64,000 nt of DNA from an uncultured Acidobacteriota bacterium (GTDB taxonomy: Bacteria > Acidobacteriota > Blastocatellia > RBC074). The stretch lies in the NCBI GenBank assembly GCA_963796275.1, contig CAWCKY010000006.1, forward strand, positions 864,001 through 928,000, in the 5' to 3' direction. A model generated the notes under the pieces. The model was not told the origin of the DNA and made no database searches. It was given only the letters and a program-made list of their open reading frames with translations. This document shows, one piece after another, positions 60,634 to 64,000 of the stretch (the first letter of the stretch is position 1; each line of letters opens with the position of its first letter). Made by a program: the position numbers and the translations under genes.

Positions 60634-62713
60634 TTATTGGCTGGATGATTGGGCAACCGGTTTTGTCTCCGCAGGATTCGGACGTTTGATTCCGAGGTGC
60701 GAGTCAAACCATGCGAGTTGCCGGGTGACGAGATCGATCAGCATGGTTCGGCTCCTGAATGCTGTGTCCCTCTCGGGGATAGCGCAGGAAGACGACATCG
60801 ACGCCGAGTTTCTTGAGCGCGCGGTAGAACTGTTCGGCCTGCGCGATCGGCACGCGCATATCACGTTCTCCGTGCGTGATCATGATCGGAGTCTTGACGC
60901 GGTCGACGTAGCTCATAGGAGATTGTTTCCGGTAATTCTCGGGAGAAGTCCAGGGTTGGCCTGCCAGACCGTACTCCATCAAACCCGGGACATCGCTCTG
61001 GCCGTGGAAGCTGTACCAGTCGCTGATTCCGGCGTGACCGATCGCGGCTTTGAATCGATCGGTCTGTGTGATGGTCCAGAAGGTCATAAAACCTCCGTAG
61101 CTCCCGCCCATCACCCCAAGCTTCTCCGGATCGGCGACGCCTCTGGCAATCAGGTAGTCGACTCCGGCCATGATGTCTTTAAAATCCTTGCCGCCCCAGT
61201 CGCCGATATTCGAGGTCGAGAACTGCTGGCCGTATCCCGTCGAACCGCGCGGATTGGGCATCAGGACTGCGTAACCGTTGGCCGCGAATATCTGCGCGCG
61301 GCTGTTGAATGTGTCGCTGAACCTCGAATAAGGCCCGCCGTGAATCTGCAGGATCAGCGGATATCGTTTCCCTTCCTGATAACCGAGCGGTTTGACGAGC
61401 AGGCCTTCGATGTTGAAGTTGTCTGCCCCTTTCCATCTGATGACGTTCGTTTCGGCGATCGCAAAATCTTTGATCTCAGGGTTGACCCAGGTGACCTTTT
61501 TCGCTTCCTCAATTTTGCTCAACGGCGCAACCCAGATGTCCTCCGGCGTGAAGCTATCGCTCACACTGTAAGCTATCTTCCAATTGTGTGAGGAAGTGCC
61601 CGAATCGGCCGGAGCTGACGTGTCTTTCATTCGTCTGCCCGCGATGTCGAATGGGCCATAACTGCGATGCTCGCCCGTCACCTGAGCTACCGGCCCGCCA
61701 TCGACCGACACCTTATAGATGTGCATGTGAACTCCCTGGCTGGCCGAAAAGTAGATAGCCCGGCCATCCGGCCCCCAATCCATGGAAGAGCCGACCGATT
61801 CGATGAAATCTTTCGTCAAATTGCGCGGCATCTGTTCGTCAGGCGAGACGACCATCAGGTCGCTCTTGGTCGCCCATGAATCTGGCTCGCTGTTGGCCAC
61901 ATAAGCTAGCAACTTGCCGTCAGGGGACCATTGCGGATTGACGTCCGCCGCTGGGTTTGTGGTCAACCGGCGCAGCGTACCCCCCGCGGCCGATACCAGG
62001 TAAATATCGGTATTACGGTTTTCCGAGATGTCGATATATGTGCTCTCCTGCACCCCCCCGGGCGACATCTCGAAGGCGATCGACGTACCGTCGGGCGACC
62101 ATCGCGGATTGTTCACGGTAAAATCGCCCTCCGTGATGCGTTTCTTCACTTTCGTGTCGACGTTGATCGTCCAGAGATGTGTATAGGTGTAGTTGGAATC
62201 GACGACGATCGCGTCGAATTTCTCTTTCTTCTTCTTATCGCGTTCGGCCTTATTTTTCGGGACATCGCGCGTGACGTATGCGATTTGATTCCCGTCGGGA
62301 GACCAGCGGAAAGATTGAACATCGTTCTCTTCGATGGTCAGTTTTTCGGACTCGCCGCCGAAGACCGGGAGCATCCATATCTGCATCCCTTTATCGCGGT
62401 CCGCGAGAAAGGCGAGGAACATGCCATCGGGCGACCACTGGGGTGACGACTCTCCCTTATCGCCGTTCGTGAGTCTGGTTGAACGACCGCCGTCGGTCGA
62501 GGCGAGCCAGACATGAGTGACCCGGCGATTCTCTTCCTTGTCCCATTCGGAAATTGTGTAAGCGACCCATTTCCCATCTGGCGAAATCTGTGGGGCGCCT
62601 GCTTGCTTGATGGCCAGGCCCGTTTCAACGGTCACCCGCTTCTCACCGGGCGCGGCGAAAGCGAGAGCGAATACGAACAGGGTATAGATGAGAGAAGTCG
62701 TGAACCTCTTCAT
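60634..62713 (-). CDS. S9 family peptidase with PD40 propeller; frameshift near 60741 at the 3' end
   Basis: Repeated 'WSPDG', 'IHGGP', 'GGSYGG', 'HGERDMRV', 'YPREGH'; natural tail 'LIDLVTRQLAWFDSHL' is in another frame. Confidence 0.92.
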
Positions 62714-62820
62714 TACAATCTCCTTGCACACCTAAAGTGTTGGAATCGAGGGATTGAAGGTTGACATGATCGCGCCGCATCATAGCTTTATAACCTTCCT
62801 CAATCAACAGAGAAAGAATT

Positions 62821-62900
62821 AACAAAAAAGACGAAAAGTTGCAAAAGTGATAAAAATTTCCCTTATTTTTCGCCGGTTGCCTTTTTTTGCCATTTTTGTT
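62821..62900. repeat. ~9-nt periodic purine/pyrimidine imperfect hairpin
   Basis: AACAAAAAAGACGAAAAGTTGCAAAAGTG ... TTGCCTTTTTTTGCCATTTTTTGTT. Confidence 0.5.
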
Positions 62901-62960
62901 TCCCTATATTTAACATCGTCGCACGTATAAACATAACCGATTTCTCAAACATCGAATACT

Positions 62961-64000
62961 ATGACAAGAATATCCTCCTTTCTCTTTGCTCTCGTCGCGG
63001 TCGTTCTGTCATTTAGCGAAGCGCCAACCGCGACCGAATTCGATCTGCTCATCTCCGGCGGACGCATCGTCGATGGCACCGGTAATCCCTGGTTCGAGTC
63101 AGACATCGCGCTCAAAGACGGGCGGATTGCCGCGATCGGCAAGATCGAACCGTCGCGCGCCGCAAGCGCGATCAGCGCAAAAGGACTGATCGTCGCCCCC
63201 GGCTTCATCGATGTTCATGCGCACATCGAGAGGGGCATCGAGCAGCTTCCGACCGCCGAGAACTATCTACGAATGGGCGTGACATCGGTCGTTACTGGTA
63301 ATTGCGGCGGGTCGGCATCGAATTTGGATGAGTGGTTCGCCGGTCTCGAAAAATCAGGAATATCGATCAATATCGCTTCACTCATCGGCCATAACACAGT
63401 CAGGCGTGAGGGAATGAGCGGGGATTTCGATAGGCCGCCGAATGCTGAAGAATTGCAGAAGATGCGCGACCTGGTCGACAAGGCTATGCGCGATGGGGCT
63501 GTCGGATTATCGACCGGACTCGAATATATACCCGGGACATACGCCCGGACCGACGAGATCGTTGAACTGGCGCGAGTCTCTGCGCAGTATGGCGGAGTCT
63601 ATGCGACTCATATGCGCGACGAGGGCGAGTCGGTGGAACAATCGATCAGAGAATCGATGGAGATAGGCGAGAAGGCCGGGTGTCCGGTGGAGATCTCGCA
63701 TTTCAAGATAGCGAGCAAGAAACGATGGGGAATGAGCGTCAATACGATCAAGTTGGTCGAAGATGCCCGGAAGCGCGGGTTGCAGGTCACCGTCGACCAA
63801 TACCTCTACCCGGCGGGAAGCACGGGAATCGGGATACTCTTCCCATCCTGGGTCTTCGATGGCGGGGCAGAGAAGACGAGGGAAAAATTGAAGGACGGCC
63901 CGACGCGCGAACGCGTTCGCCGCGAATTGATCGAGCGGGCTAAGTCGCAAGGATTCCGTGATTTCGCTTACGCGTTTGTCGCAAACCATCAAGCCGATCC
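62961..64000 (+). CDS. N-acyl-D-amino-acid deacylase family amidohydrolase (runs off the 3' edge)
   Basis: Own translation: signal peptide, 'GGRIVDGTGNP', 'APGFIDVHAH', 'GNCGGS', 'GLSTGLEY', 'YATHMRDE', 'SHFK'. Confidence 0.92.
   Translation, partial: MTRISSFLFALVAVVLSFSEAPTATEFDLLISGGRIVDGTGNPWFESDIALKDGRIAAIGKIEPSRAASAISAKGLIVAPGFIDVHAHIERGIEQLPTAENYLRMGVTSVVTGNCGGSASNLDEWFAGLEKSGISINIASLIGHNTVRREGMSGDFDRPPNAEELQKMRDLVDKAMRDGAVGLSTGLEYIPGTYARTDEIVELARVSAQYGGVYATHMRDEGESVEQSIRESMEIGEKAGCPVEISHFKIASKKRWGMSVNTIKLVEDARKRGLQVTVDQYLYPAGSTGIGILFPSWVFDGGAEKTREKLKDGPTRERVRRELIERAKSQGFRDFAYAFVANHQAD

Overview
Bacterial chromosomal DNA, most likely Acidobacteriota (Blastocatellia-like). This is inferred from the Oar-type TonB-dependent receptors, an ADOP duplicated orphan permease and a quinoprotein/cytochrome c pair. 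Core-like content: a cobalamin riboswitch with cobT-cobS; P450 plus ABM; a TonB receptor-GH39-ExuT-AraD1 sugar locus next to a PQQ-type dehydrogenase and di-haem cytochrome c; rfbD; a CP-ATP-grasp/alpha-E/transglutaminase operon; a selenocysteine formate dehydrogenase operon (in-frame UGA plus SECIS); tRNA-Glu; TPR and TonB-like genes; glpF; an S9 peptidase; a D-aminoacylase. Accessory or decayed parts: (1) a ~2.8 kb insert bounded by a 61-bp direct repeat of the 5' end of a LURP-one-like gene; (2) several TonB-receptor remnants; (3) two tandem mosaic 7-repeat FG-GAP surface-protein genes downstream of three input-less regulators (sigma54 activator, NarL-type response regulator, ECF sigma) with a shared operator-like motif; (4) a decayed island with two HEPN-like remnants at the tRNA-Glu 3' end. 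There are many dispersed hairpin elements (GC-rich REP-like, 7-nt-periodic and ~9-nt-periodic). Several single-base frameshifts may be assembly errors. No CRISPR array, integrase, intact transposase or reverse transcriptase was seen. All family assignments come from motif recognition by eye, not database searches.
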